Assembly: GCA_032718475.1 (NCBI GenBank)
Contig: JAUCBJ010001536.1
Span: 1 to 61,083, forward strand
Direction: 5' to 3'
DNA length: 61,083 nt
Origin: Nemertoderma westbladi
Taxonomy: Eukaryota > Animalia > Xenacoelomorpha
Positions 49,657-61,083 of this stretch are shown in pieces (positions within the stretch are counted from its first letter, which is position 1; each line of letters starts with the position of its first letter). Under the pieces are notes generated by a model. The model ran no database searches, was not told where the DNA came from, and saw only the letters and a program-made list of their open reading frames with translations. The position numbers and the translations under genes are program-made.

Positions 49657-49764
49657 AAATGCAGCTGCAATGCAGCATGCCGATCCTAGTAGTAGTTGTA
49701 CAATTCTTATCTGTTCTTGTTACTGAAAACACTATATTCCAGGACATGGTGTAGGAATGTCGTT

Positions 49765-50466
49765 ATGTCAACTTTCATCTCTCCATGGGTAACTATTTTT
49801 GTTCTGTTAGTAACATTCAACATCGCAGCTACTCAGATCAGCAATACAACTTTGAAGAAATTCTCATGTCCAACCGAAACTAATAGGCCAGTGTCTTCAA
49901 AAAATGTCGAGTTGCAAAATGTATATGAAGCCAGAATAGAGAAGTTTTTGGATAGCAACGAATTAGTTAGAGAGAAGGTCTGGTCTAGTTGCGTTCGGTG
50001 TGGAGTCATATCATTGGTATTCACTGGTTGGTCCGCTGAATACGAGGATGATGTCACTATTAAGGGAGCACAAAGCCTATGCTTCCCTGAGGCTCGCCGG
50101 TTCCATTGTCTCCCAATGAGCGAAGAAGGCTGCGTCTATATGACAACAGTTGTACTTCCAAATTCTGAACCTGACCCAGATGATGATCCAACCATAAAAG
50201 GGTTCACTACCAACCTATTTGGTTATATGTCCTATTACAACTACCTTCAACAGGATCTCACAGTAACACACTTCACTTGCCAGTTCCAGTGTTGCGACAC
50301 TGGTCCATGCCCAGCTCCGGTGTGTAAACACGACACAGCCACACCTGCACACACAACGGAAAACATATCGGCTACAACAGATAACAGTTCGGCTAATGTC
50401 AATCAAATGGCAAAGTGTCAGCTGGATGGGATCATTATTATTGCAATAGTTCTCAATGAGTTCTAG
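49765..50466 (+). CDS. Intronless secreted/GPI-anchored Cys-rich protein, Ly6/uPAR (three-finger)-like
   Basis: Signal peptide (WVTIFVLLVTFNIAA), ~11 Cys with CQFQCCDTGPC box, Thr/Ser stalk, hydrophobic C-tail; nested antisense in MRCK intron. Confidence 0.6.
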   Translation: MSTFISPWVTIFVLLVTFNIAATQISNTTLKKFSCPTETNRPVSSKNVELQNVYEARIEKFLDSNELVREKVWSSCVRCGVISLVFTGWSAEYEDDVTIKGAQSLCFPEARRFHCLPMSEEGCVYMTTVVLPNSEPDPDDDPTIKGFTTNLFGYMSYYNYLQQDLTVTHFTCQFQCCDTGPCPAPVCKHDTATPAHTTENISATTDNSSANVNQMAKCQLDGIIIIAIVLNEF

Positions 50467-51852
50467 AACAAAACTCATTGAATAATATATCAGGTGGTGG
50501 AATATTGATTCTCTCATAAAGGTGGCTTCTCAATAATAAAAGATAAAGATATATAGACTAGAGCACTATTTACAGTCTAGTTAATATACTATCAATAACA
50601 ATCTGAACTTATCCTAAAATATTAAAGATATTGAAAGCCGATACCCGCCATCTTTACCATCTTTACCTTACTTTCTATTATCCTATAATATTACATTGTT
50701 AACTACTTTATTGGCACCCCTTCCACTCACAGGGTATGGAGTTATACAGCACTTTATTTCACACTTTCTATATTTTAACTCACAATTAATAAACTACCAA
50801 CCAGCACTTTATTTCACACTTTCTATATTTTAACTCACAATTAATAAACTACCAACATTTAAATATTATAAATTGCATAAATATATTGCCAATGTTGGTG
50901 TTGTTTGTAATGAAACATTATAGAACACAGCATTCGCATTATTATGTGCTGTCTTTTACAGTTGTACTGTACAATAGGCGATAAAAAGGAAAACCTACTA
51001 AATTGTAACGCCGATTTTACCCAAAATGGCGATTCTTTACTATATACTTCCTTACTTTGTACGATAGCAATATACCAAATCTACTAATATATCCTGCAGT
51101 TTAAATCACTTGAATTGTTTTAATATGTGATTTGTATTGTAATTAAAATATTTCACAATGGAGGTTAATATAATACTTTATTTTTGTTTACAATTAATTT
51201 CGCACTATCAAATCGCCAGGGCGACATATTTTCCAACTTTATATCGCAGTACGACATTATTTCTCAGGATGTCCCTATACGCCATACATTTACTATGTTG
51301 TCCATCGCAGTTATGTCACAGCGTCGTTAGAAATATAATTCCATGACGATGTCAATCGAATACACACTATAATATGATAAAGATTTGTAGAAAAATTTGG
51401 GGGGCTACACACAATATTCTAGGACATTTTGTTTTTGCCTGATAGCGGTACAGTGTTTTAAATCGAAATTTAGCCAAATATCCCTGAATGAGATCCAGAA
51501 ACTATTCTAGGAGAATAATGGCAGTGATTTTTTATGTCCTTTTATTTGATTTTTTTGTCCTTTTTTTTACGAATTATGCATAATGACTTTTGTTGTCCTT
51601 TTAATGACTTTTATTGTCCTTTTAATGACTTTTTATGTATGTATTTCTTCAAACTGTCAGACTGCTGATTTCTGGACTGTCAGACAGTTGATTTCACTAT
51701 GCCTGTGCCAAAACATTCCATGATTCCATGATTTATAGACTATGAGATAGATTTCCATATGCGCCTGTGGTAAAAAGACTCTATATTTAATAGTTTGTGG
51801 TTGTTGTCGATAATCGATTACCACATGACGTAGCAAAACACTCATTTTATAG

Positions 51853-52497
51853 CCAAAAACAATTACCAATTGATGGAAAGGAGCAGGTTAAGGCCGAGTT
51901 TTCTAACCAAAACAATAAACAGTCACTTTACCAAATCAGGGAAAGGAGCAGGTTATAGAGACGGGATTTTCTAACCAAAACAATGAATGATCATTTAACT
52001 AATTGAGGGAAAGGGACAGGTTACAGAGGCGGAATTTTCTAACCAAAACAATAAACGATCACTTAACTAATTGAGGGAAAGGAGCAGGTTACAGAGGCGG
52101 GATTTTCTAACCAAAACAATAAACGATCATTTAACTAATTGAGGGAAAGGGGCAGGTTACAGAGGCGGGATTTTCTAACCAAAACAATAAACGATCATTT
52201 AACTAATTGAGGGAAAGGAGCAGGTTACAGAGACGGGATTTTCTAACCAAAACAATAAACGATAACATTACCAATTGAGAGAAAGGAGCAGGTTACAGAG
52301 GCGGGATTTTCTAACCAAAACAATAAACGATAACATTACCAATTGAGGGAAAGGAGCAGGTTACAGAGGCGGGATTTTCTATCCAAAACAATAAACGATC
52401 ACTTAACTAATTGAGGGAAAGGAGCAGGTTAAGGCCGAATTTTCTAACCAAAACAATAAACAGTCACTTTACCAAATCAGGGAAAGGAGCAGGTTAT
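51853..52497. repeat. ~68-bp tandem repeat x9
   Basis: Unit aaaggagcaggttacagaggcgggattttctaaccaaaacaataaacgatcatttaactaattgaggg. Confidence 0.95.
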
Positions 52498-53399
52498 CCG
52501 TAACACTACTCAGACAGTAGTCATGATCCAATATTGATTATAAAACTAATACAGTAATAGGCCTAAATTATGTGAAAGGTATATCCACATTTTCCACAAT
52601 CCTGCAATCCAGTTTGGCCTATCAATTATTTAAAATTTATTAGCACAACCGGTAGGCCTACCATTACCGTATTTAAATGGTAGGCTACACAGTAGGCCTA
52701 TAGCAGTACCGGTGCCGGTACCGGTACTAAAATACAGAAATACCTGCTTTATACCTACATCTGTACATACAATACAGCAAAATAGTGCTATATATACTAA
52801 TACCGGTACTGATAGCCTGAGAGAACAGCAGTAAAGAAACCGGTAGCATGGAACCTAACATTAGACTTTTGGAGGACATAAAAAATAAAAAAAAAAGGAC
52901 AAAAAAAGGATTTAAACGGACAATAAAAATTATTGCGGAGAATAATTTAGACTATTTAACACAGCAACAATTACTAGAGGGTTGTTAACCAACCAACAAC
53001 ACATAAACAATACAAACGCAACATCAAAAAATAATCAGTTTTAAACATAATATTACGAGCTATTAAAAATTCAGTAGCTCAATAAAAACACTAGCTACTA
53101 TAACTAATAATTATTTATTACATGGGAAAAAAGAAGAACTTTTTTTCACTATTCTTGAGGCATTTTATTTACCGAGAGTCAGCGAGGTTAATAAAGGGTC
53201 GAGAGAATATTGAAAAAAAAATGTTCTACGTTTTTTTCCTATGTAATACGTAATTTTATTCTTAAATTGGTACTTTTTTGTTGCATAATTCTTTAATAAA
53301 CGTACAGCGATATAGTGGTACAAAATAAATTGAACTATAGTATGTTGCTATATTCAATCAATTTTTTTCAATTTTCAATTTCAATTTAATTCTTCCATC

Positions 53400-54240
53400 C
53401 TTTTATGAGTTGCACTTATTAATTGCACTTATGAGTGAAATAAGATTGATGAAGGTTACAGAAGGAAGGAATAGGATGATAGCTAGTAGCAGGGCTAGTA
53501 GTTGCCACCACCGTAGGGAAGGGAATTTGTGGTTGGGGGGGGGGGGGGGGGGGGTAGGTAGGGGTAGGTAGGTTCCAGATCTGTGTACTCCAGATTTGAA
53601 GATAGTACTATAAATAATAGAAGATAAAAACGAAAGTTAGTTAGATAGGAATGCGGCAGCCGCCGAATGAAGAAATCTATAATGGATGATGATACGGTGT
53701 TAGTGGTACACTATTATTGTGGCTAAAACAATAGTAGTGTAACTAAGAATGTGTACGCCTAGAGTTACAAAATTAAGTTAAAGTTATAGTTAGTCATAGT
53801 TTAGATAGGTAGTATTGCTTGAGATATTTTGAGAAAGGCCTCTTTGTGCTTTTATTTTTTATAATCACTGGGATTGAGTTCCATATGGATGGGCCCAAGA
53901 ATCTCATGGATCGTTGTGTGGAAGAAAGTCTAACAAGGGGGGTATAAAAATTGAGATTAGTTGCAGCACGAGTAGCATAGCTATGTACTGTTGATGTTTT
54001 GGAAAAGAGCTGACCAAGGTTAGAGTTAGGAGGGGTGGAGTTAGTGTGAATGTCAAACATAAACAAGGACACTTGGTGCTTAAACAATAAATCAAGGGGG
54101 AGTATGTTGAGAGATTTATATAGCAGGTTGGAGGACGCTTGGGAGTGACTGAAGGTAATACAACGTAGGAATTTATTGATTTTAGTGCGTAGCGGTTTTA
54201 AGGTAGTTGAGTGAGTACCTCCCCATAGAAGTAGTCCATA
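53400..54240 (-). mobile_element. CR1/L2-group LINE, 3' part (ORF2 C-terminus and 3' UTR)
   Basis: YGLLLWG, LYKSLNILPL, HSYATR, RFLGPSIWNSIP motifs; stop at 53794; 3' end approximate. Confidence 0.85.
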
Positions 54241-56803
54241 CACTGAAAAAAGTAAGTGCCGGTCGATTTTTTAACCATTGGTTATGGATAGGTACTTGCG
54301 GTAGTGATTGATAAACCGGGGGTTAGTATGGATCATACAAGAATGGCTGGTAGTAACCTCCGGTTACGGTATTAAAACGGCGGTTTAAGATATATTGGTT
54401 ATATTACCTGAAACAAACCTGTAGTCATTGCGGAATTTTGCATAGAAAGTGACGGTTGTATTAAAAAGGTGGTTATTAAATTTTCAAACTGGCGGTTTTT
54501 ATTGATGAAAACATATAATTTTCAAACCGGCGGTTTTTATGAAATGTAAAAATGGTGGTCTTATATTCAAACTGTTGGTTCTTGTTAATAATCACGTATG
54601 TAGTTTTCAAACCGGCGGTTTTTATGAAATGTAAAAATGGTGGTCTTATATTTAAACTGTCGGTTCTTGTTAATAAACACGTATGTAGTTTTCAAACGGG
54701 CGGTTTGTATGAAATGTAAAAATGGCGGTTGTATTTTCACAATTGCCGGTTTTTACTATACATACAAAGAACCCTAAGTTGAGTAATTCAACTGGTAATG
54801 CCGTTATTTCTGTATTACAGAGGCGTGATATGATATAACTAATTTACAATAATAACTGCCAGTTTATCACAGAACCACAGATTTACAATAATGACTGCCA
54901 ATTTATCACAGAAGCACAGATTTACAATAATTACTGCCAGTTTATCACAGAAGCACAGATTTACAATAATAACTGCCAGTTTATCACAGAACCACAGATT
55001 TACAATAATGACTGCCAGTTTATCACAGAACCACAGATTTAACAATAATGACTGCCAGTTTATCACAGAACCACAGATTTACAATAATGACTGCCAGTTT
55101 ACCACAGAACCACAGATTTACAATAATGACTGCCAGTTTATCACAGAACCACAGATTTACAATAATGACTGCCAGTTTATCACAGAACCACAGATTTACA
55201 ATAATGACTGCCAGTTTATCACAGAACCACAGATTTACAATAATGACTGCCAGTTTATCACAGAACCACAGATTTACAATAATGACTGCCAGTTTATCAC
55301 AGAACCACAGATTTACAATAATAACTGCCAGTTTATCACAGAACCACAGATTTACAATAATGACTGCCAGTTTATCAAAGAACCACAGATTTACAATAAT
55401 GACTGCCAGTTTATCACAGAACCACAGATTTACAATAATGACTGCCAGTTTATCAAAGAACCACAGATTTACAATAATCACTGCCAGTTTATCACAGAAC
55501 CACAGATTTACAATAATGACTGCCAGTTTATCACAGAACCACAGATTTACAATAATGACTGCCAGTTTATCAAAGAACCACAGATTTACAATAATCACTG
55601 CCAGTTTATCACAGAACCACAGATTTACAATAATCACTGCCAGTTTATCACAGAACCACAGATTTACAATAATCACTGCCAGTTTATCACAGAACCACAG
55701 ATATAGAACCGCAGATTTGCAATAATAACTGCCAGTTTATCACAGAATCACACACAGATTTACAAACTAATAACTGCCAGTTTGTATATGTAAATATAAA
55801 AAGTAAATATATATAATCAAAACATAATTTTAAATTATTAATTAAACTTGGTTAAAATTAATTAATTAATATAAATTAATTGAAATGAATTATCTAATAT
55901 GGCTGAAAAGAAGACAAATGATATTAAACTTAATAATCAAAACACTATTTGTTGATCATCAACTAAAATTAATTAAGATATCCATAAATCTAAATGAATT
56001 AAATATTTTCATATATACTTAGCCGTGTGTATCCAATATGTATGTAGAGTATTGTATGCATTGGCCATAGGCCGTAAGCGTAGGGTAGGATGTAGGGATT
56101 AGATAAGGTAGGCTTTCACCCCCCTCCCCCCATATCTCCCCATGTTGTAACATTGAGCTTCGTGTGTGCCCTGAATGTCCTGTGCTCCTAACCAAACATT
56201 ATAACCACAGGTTTATAATTTTTTTTTGCTCTTTATAACCACAGGTTAGTACGTTTTAACCGTGGGTTTTTCTTTTATAACCATAGGTTATAAATAAATT
56301 AAAGCCTCAGTTTATTAAAATTACCGCCAGTTTTCTCAAATAAAACCGCCAGTTGACCGTTAATTAAACGGCGGTTTCGTAAAAACTGGCTTATTTGGTT
56401 GCCGTTTTACCTGTGGTTTTTTGAGAATACCGGCAGTTTTAAATAGTTGAAACGCCAGTTACCAGCAGTAAACCATAGGTTAATAAATGCCGATTAAGTA
56501 TTCGACCGGGAATTTGCATTAAACCAGAACCTGAGGTTACAGAAACCGGCAGTTCCTTGCGATAAAAAATACCAGAGGTTTTACAACGCATTTTTAGGTT
56601 CTAAACAACTGGGGGTTATGGAACCGCCGGTTTTACGAGAGATAATCAACCCCCGGTTTGCACAACTGCCAGTTCTTGGCAATGTTTATTTACCGCCGGT
56701 TTGTAAAAACAACCTGCGGTGGTTTTCGTTGCAAAACAACCCCAGGTAGTTCTTGCAAACCGGCAGTTTTTTAACAAAATACCACCACTTACTTTATTCA
56801 GTG
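54241..56803. mobile_element. Non-autonomous CACTA/EnSpm(CMC)-like DNA transposon inserted in the LINE
   Basis: TIRs cactgaaaaaagtaagtg / cacttactttattcagtg, 2-bp TA duplication; removal restores LINE HPYIHYGLLLWG; many subterminal accggcggtt motifs. Confidence 0.88.
54842..55785. repeat. 39-bp minisatellite (~23 copies) inside the CACTA-like element
   Basis: Unit acaataatgactgccagtttatcacagaaccacagattt. Confidence 0.97.
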
Positions 56804-57497
56804 TAGTGTATGTATGGGTGGATTAGGGTAAAATATAGCTGGCGCAGAATATGGAGGGGAAACATGTGCCGGAGTTTATAGAAGAGTCCTGTCGTTTTTG
56901 AAATTTTCTTGAGTATATACTGTGAGTTTTCCAGGTGAGTTTGTTGTCAACCCAGATTCCTAGTATTTTAGAATTGTTAGTGGATTTAATTAGCTTATTT
57001 TGTATCGATAGTTGGGGGAGATTAGTCGGGTCAGTTAGAGTATTAGAAAATATAGTGTATTCCGTCTTTGTTAAGTTTAAGGAGAGGCGGTTAGCAATAA
57101 GCCAATCAGCGATCTTGTCAAGTTCCTGGTTGGTAGTCGTTAGAAGGGAAAATGCATTCGATGAGGATTGGAAAAGCGTAGTATCATCAGCAAATAACAT
57201 TGAGAGTAGGTTTGAAGCATTAGGCAGGTCGTTAATATATAAAAGGAATAGGATGGGGGAAAGAGTAGAACCCTGAGGGACGCCACAGGTTAGAGGTAAG
57301 ATTGAGGATTGAAAGCCATCGATAGATACAAATTGAGATCGAGATGAAAGAAAGCTAGATATTAGTTGATGAGGTAGACCACGTATTCCATATGATGTTA
57401 GTTTAGATAGTAGTATTTCATGGTCTAGAGTATCGAAAGCTTTCTTTAGGTCAATGAAGATAGTACATGTAGATGGCGAATCGTCTAGGGCCTGGTG
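56804..57497 (-). mobile_element. CR1/L2-group LINE, 5'-truncated RT domain
   Basis: FIDLKKAFDT, GVPQGSTLSPILFLLYINDL, LFADDT, LGIWVDNKLTWK; frameshift near 56920. Confidence 0.92.
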
Positions 57498-58187
57498 TAT
57501 ATTGCTTCCATAGTTACAGCGATTCATATTATTGTACTCTTCAACTCCCGATGCTGCCTTACTCAATGTTAAATAATTTAGTGTTCTAGAATATTTATTA
57601 CGTAACTAGAGAGCCGCTTAGCTACATAAACCAATATTGGATATTGAGTCCCATTTTGGAGTTCGCCTTGCAGACACTAAAGTTGTAATAACTTTTGACG
57701 TAATTTGAGCATGGATTTTGCTCAAATTTCGTGCAAACCTTTTCTACGTCAATGCGCTTTGAACACATATAATAAAATTAAAGAAAATCCACAAAAATAT
57801 TTTATTAAACTTTTTTTCGCCGGAAAAAAAATAAAATCAATGCAATCCTATTGGTTACTTTTTTTCCATAGGGAAAAAAGTGCAACCTTTTCTCTCGATT
57901 TTGGTCTAAATTCGAGCGAAAAAGTAACAATTTAAGAAAAGAATGTCTACTAATGTTATAGAACATTGTAAAAAAAAACACTCTCTAAAATACAAAAAAA
58001 ATTTATTGTGAAGAAAATGTCAGGATCTCTCACCCTCACCCGCCACACCCCAACAATATATTAAATAATTCTACAGTAACGAACTTTATTCGAATTTTCT
58101 TAGATATTCTATTGAAATCTACTTTAAAATTGAAATGACGATAAATTATTATTTTATACTACAAATATTATCAGATTATTCACAAAC

Positions 58188-58373
58188 CTCGTTGTCGCGT
58201 TTCAGCTCTGTTATGACGTCATGCAGTCGTAGAGTCTCCGCTGATGACGTCACCGGAATGGTGGATGAGTCACCTATTTGGTTCTGCATTGTTATAGACA
58301 TTTCGGACAGACGTCTACTCAGACTCGCTTTCTCAGATTCAAGTCGCTTCAATCTCCTCTCGTACGCCTCTAC
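58188..58373 (-). CDS. CDC42BPA: MRCK/CDC42BP/gek exon, first coiled coil after kinase tail
   Basis: atttAG / GTTTGT, 62 codons, phase 0 both ends; VEAYERRLKRLESEKASLSRRL matches MRCK EAYERRIKRLEQEK.ELSRKL; not in ORF track. Confidence 0.85.
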
Positions 58374-58886
58374 CTAAATAAACACGAACTCATTATATTG
58401 CATTATTGTTCTTTATTACATTTCTACATTATTCTGCACATGATTATATCTCTAGAAGGATGGGTAGGGGGGGGGGGGGTGGAGACTCTTGACTCAACTA
58501 AAATTCACCATCCTTCATGGGAAAAACGACGGAATATCAGCTGACGAGCAAGAATTATCTTAGGGCAGACAGCTGGAGTTAAAAAAGATACCACATTACT
58601 TAAAAGGATTAGCACATTACACCATAGTACTACTACTAGCTCTCGGGGCAAATACCACACCATGGTTTGCCATTCTGTACATTGTACACCATAGAGTATG
58701 TACATATTAACAAAAAATGTCTTGAAAAGGCTTGTAGATAAAACCGAGCATCAGCCTGCATAAACAACACAATAGATTTACTGGGAGCTACTACTCGGTC
58801 AACCTTTGTAAGAACCGTCCGAACTCTCAGCATCAGCAAACTTAGAGGCTTAACAAACAGAGTAACATTAGTTGTTGTTAGATATT

Positions 58887-59470
58887 CAGAGTGTCCCGCA
58901 AAATTTTTGATACAATTTCATTTTTTAATAACTCACTGAAATGCGTACGAATATACGATTTCTTGGTATCTCCTGAAAGCCAGTATCCTAACTTAGATGT
59001 TGGTTTAATTTTTGATAATATTGGTTGTCATGGAAACTCAGTAAACGTATTTAAATTTACCTACAGTTTTCCCCCATAAGAAACATGGGTACAGAAAATC
59101 CACATAAGAATTTCGTGACACTCCAAGGGTCGCAGTCTGGGCTGCTATGTCTGGGACCACTGCAATTGGTCCATATGTCTTCGAGTCTTCTAACAGCACT
59201 AACTATCTGAACATGTTGAAGACATTCTTGCTTCCAAATCTTGTTGATGGGACTGAATACATTCTACAAGATGGTGCTCCTACACATCGGGGACTGAATG
59301 TTAGGGCATTCCTAGACTCTACGTTTCCTGGGCGCTGGATAAGAAGAGATGGGCCAATTCCATGGCCAGCACGACCCCCGAGTTATCACCTTGCGATTTC
59401 TATCAGTGGGGGAATGTCAATAATTGCGTATACAGTCAGCCGCTACAGAGCTTGAGCGAAATACGTAATT
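58887..59470 (+). mobile_element. Tc1/mariner (maT/DD37D-like) transposase remnant
   Basis: TIR-like cagagtgtccc start; QDGAPTH...FPGRWI..DGPIPWPAR / PELSPCDFYQWG with frameshift. Confidence 0.85.
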
Positions 59471-59554
59471 CTATTTTGTTTGGGATTTTGGATTTTTGTT
59501 TGCAATATGTTTTATACTGTAGAACAGTAAAAGTAAAACAGTGAAATTAATTCA

Positions 59555-60180
59555 TTTATTCCAAAATTGTAACATTACTCAACGCCGTTAGTATCAACAG
59601 CGAGTTGTTATTTAGCGCTTTACAACTATAGAGGACATTACAGCATTGTATTGGCCTGTACATTTAGTATTGTACAGTATTTGGTGTTAATGTTTACGTG
59701 GTAACCATGACGGCGTTAAGTAATGTCCCCCTAGTGGACATTACTTAACGCCGTCATTGGTTACCACGTAAACAATAGGTGGAAATTTGCCTGACAGCCA
59801 GATAGGCCTACTGCTCTACCTACCGCGTAGGCGGGGTAGAGCTATTAATAACCAGTTGGGCCTCGCTATATTATTATAACATGGCTCCACACGCCACCAT
59901 AAATATAAGCTAACTTATATCATATCATAATTTATGTCATTTTTGCATTTATTTATACAGCAACTAATATAATTTGTACAGTTTCTATCACTATTAATGT
60001 ATATGTACAATCATTTCGTAATGTTAAAATTTTGGAATAAAACTACACATACTTGTTGCAAAGTACTTTACAGTGTTCTGATCCTCGTGGCTTTATTTTC
60101 ACTCACTCACTAACGTTCGTTCATGTAACAAAGCCACTCGTATCATCACACTGTAAAGTGCTACTTTATACACAAGTATG
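59555..60180. repeat. Cluster of nested/adjacent palindromic MITE-like sequences
   Basis: ~84-bp hairpin 59691-59774; outer arms tttattccaaaattgtaacattac / gtaatgttaaaattttggaataaa; second ~130-bp palindrome 60049-60179. Confidence 0.7.
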
Positions 60181-60644
60181 TAATAACTAATTTAAATAAT
60201 CATAATATAACTCAAATATGGAAATCGTATTTTCGTCGGCATTTCAGCGAGTTATTAGGAAACGAAATCGTATCAATAAACTATAATATAACGACACTAT
60301 AATACGGGTAATGGTAATGGTAATGGTATACATCTAATAAGTAGCGTTATTCTAGAACAGCGCTAAAATTAGATAACGTCTAAGTTTATGTATGTTTTTT
60401 TTGGCATTCATGTGATACCGTAATTGTTAATTTACGACCAGTCATTGAAGTTTTAGTTTATTCTCATCAAAATAGCCAACATTACTGAATTTTTCGTGAA
60501 ATTTAAATTTACAGATACACCCAATGAAAATAATTTTTTATAATAATAAAGCCAACAGATGGCACCAATAAACATGTCGCTAAAATAATGTGGGATAATA
60601 AATTAAAATTTAAAACTGCATAACATTAAAATAAAATACATTGA

Positions 60645-60975
60645 TCTGTAAAAAGCCATGGGGGCATGTCCGTCCGTCCGTCTGTCTGTCTGGTAAATGT
60701 TTGAACGCGAATTTCTCGGCATCGCTGGTTCGGAATTGAACCAAACTTAGAAGGTAAGTTAGTAGAAGGAAAGTTTAGAAAGTTTGTAAAGTTTGGTGAA
60801 AATCATTCAGTCTGACGTCAGCTACGACAGATTATGTGGTTTTTAGAAAATGTTAAATTTCTCGGGAACGCCTCATTTTCTTCAGCTGAAATTTTGGTTG
60901 CCTGTAGAGAATCAGGAAGTCTATCTTTTACGAAATTGAAAAGTTAAGACATTTAATTGGGGATCGGCTAGAGAC
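60645..60975 (+). mobile_element. Probable Helentron-associated (DINE-1/HINE-like) element
   Basis: (gtcc)3(gtct)3 microsatellite followed by atttctcgg...ccaaactt / gaaattttgg repeated motifs. Confidence 0.45.
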
Positions 60976-61083
60976 TCAGAAGTAATGGCATAGGCCTACC
61001 GGTACGGTACTGCTCTACTGTGCAGCACTGGTAAGTACGAAATTGCAGAATAACAATATTACACACCTAGCGGATTAATATAT

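Noticed and set aside
50747-50857. 55-bp direct duplication (similar small ones at 29667-29721 and 37997-38078)
   Set aside because: Ordinary two-copy local duplications without further structure
54839-55725. YNNDCQFITEPQI / TASLSQNHRF repeat proteins
   Set aside because: 39-bp minisatellite within a non-autonomous transposon, open on both strands
304-55785. CRISPR-like appearance of regular repeats
   Set aside because: Units are head-to-tail with no unique spacers, no cas genes, and the DNA is eukaryotic with spliceosomal introns
1-61083. tRNA, rRNA or snRNA genes
   Set aside because: None recognised by eye; tRNAscan-SE/Infernal would be needed to exclude

Overview
AT-rich eukaryotic (invertebrate animal) genomic DNA; the taxon cannot be fixed from sequence alone. 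Left to right: the last five exons of a PALS1/MPP5/stardust MAGUK gene (+); an intronless protein with two CD20/MS4A-like 4-TM modules (+); an intronless type II membrane mucin-stalk fibrinogen-domain protein (-); the last four exons of radial spoke head RSPH4/6 (-); intronless CAPZA and an elongated NDUFB2 (+); RPA2 with one coding intron (+); two coiled-coil exons of MRCK/CDC42BP/gek (-) whose 12.5-kb intron hosts an antisense Ly6/LU-like gene plus LINE and DNA-transposon debris. About a third of the window is tandem arrays (25-72 bp units). Main oddities: (1) intronic arrays anchored on and duplicating real splice signals (a 35-bp unit that is itself a GT...AG micro-intron with AG|GT junctions; ~105 copies of the RSPH4/6 acceptor plus exon start; ~70 hairpin-masked GTAAGT donors); (2) a long-TIR element carrying an apparent RPSA C-terminal fragment; (3) two minus-strand half-genes facing a 20-kb gap; (4) a recurring palindromic TAGGCCTA/ACCGGT/AGTACT signature upstream of genes. 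All protein family calls are from my recognition of motifs, not database searches.
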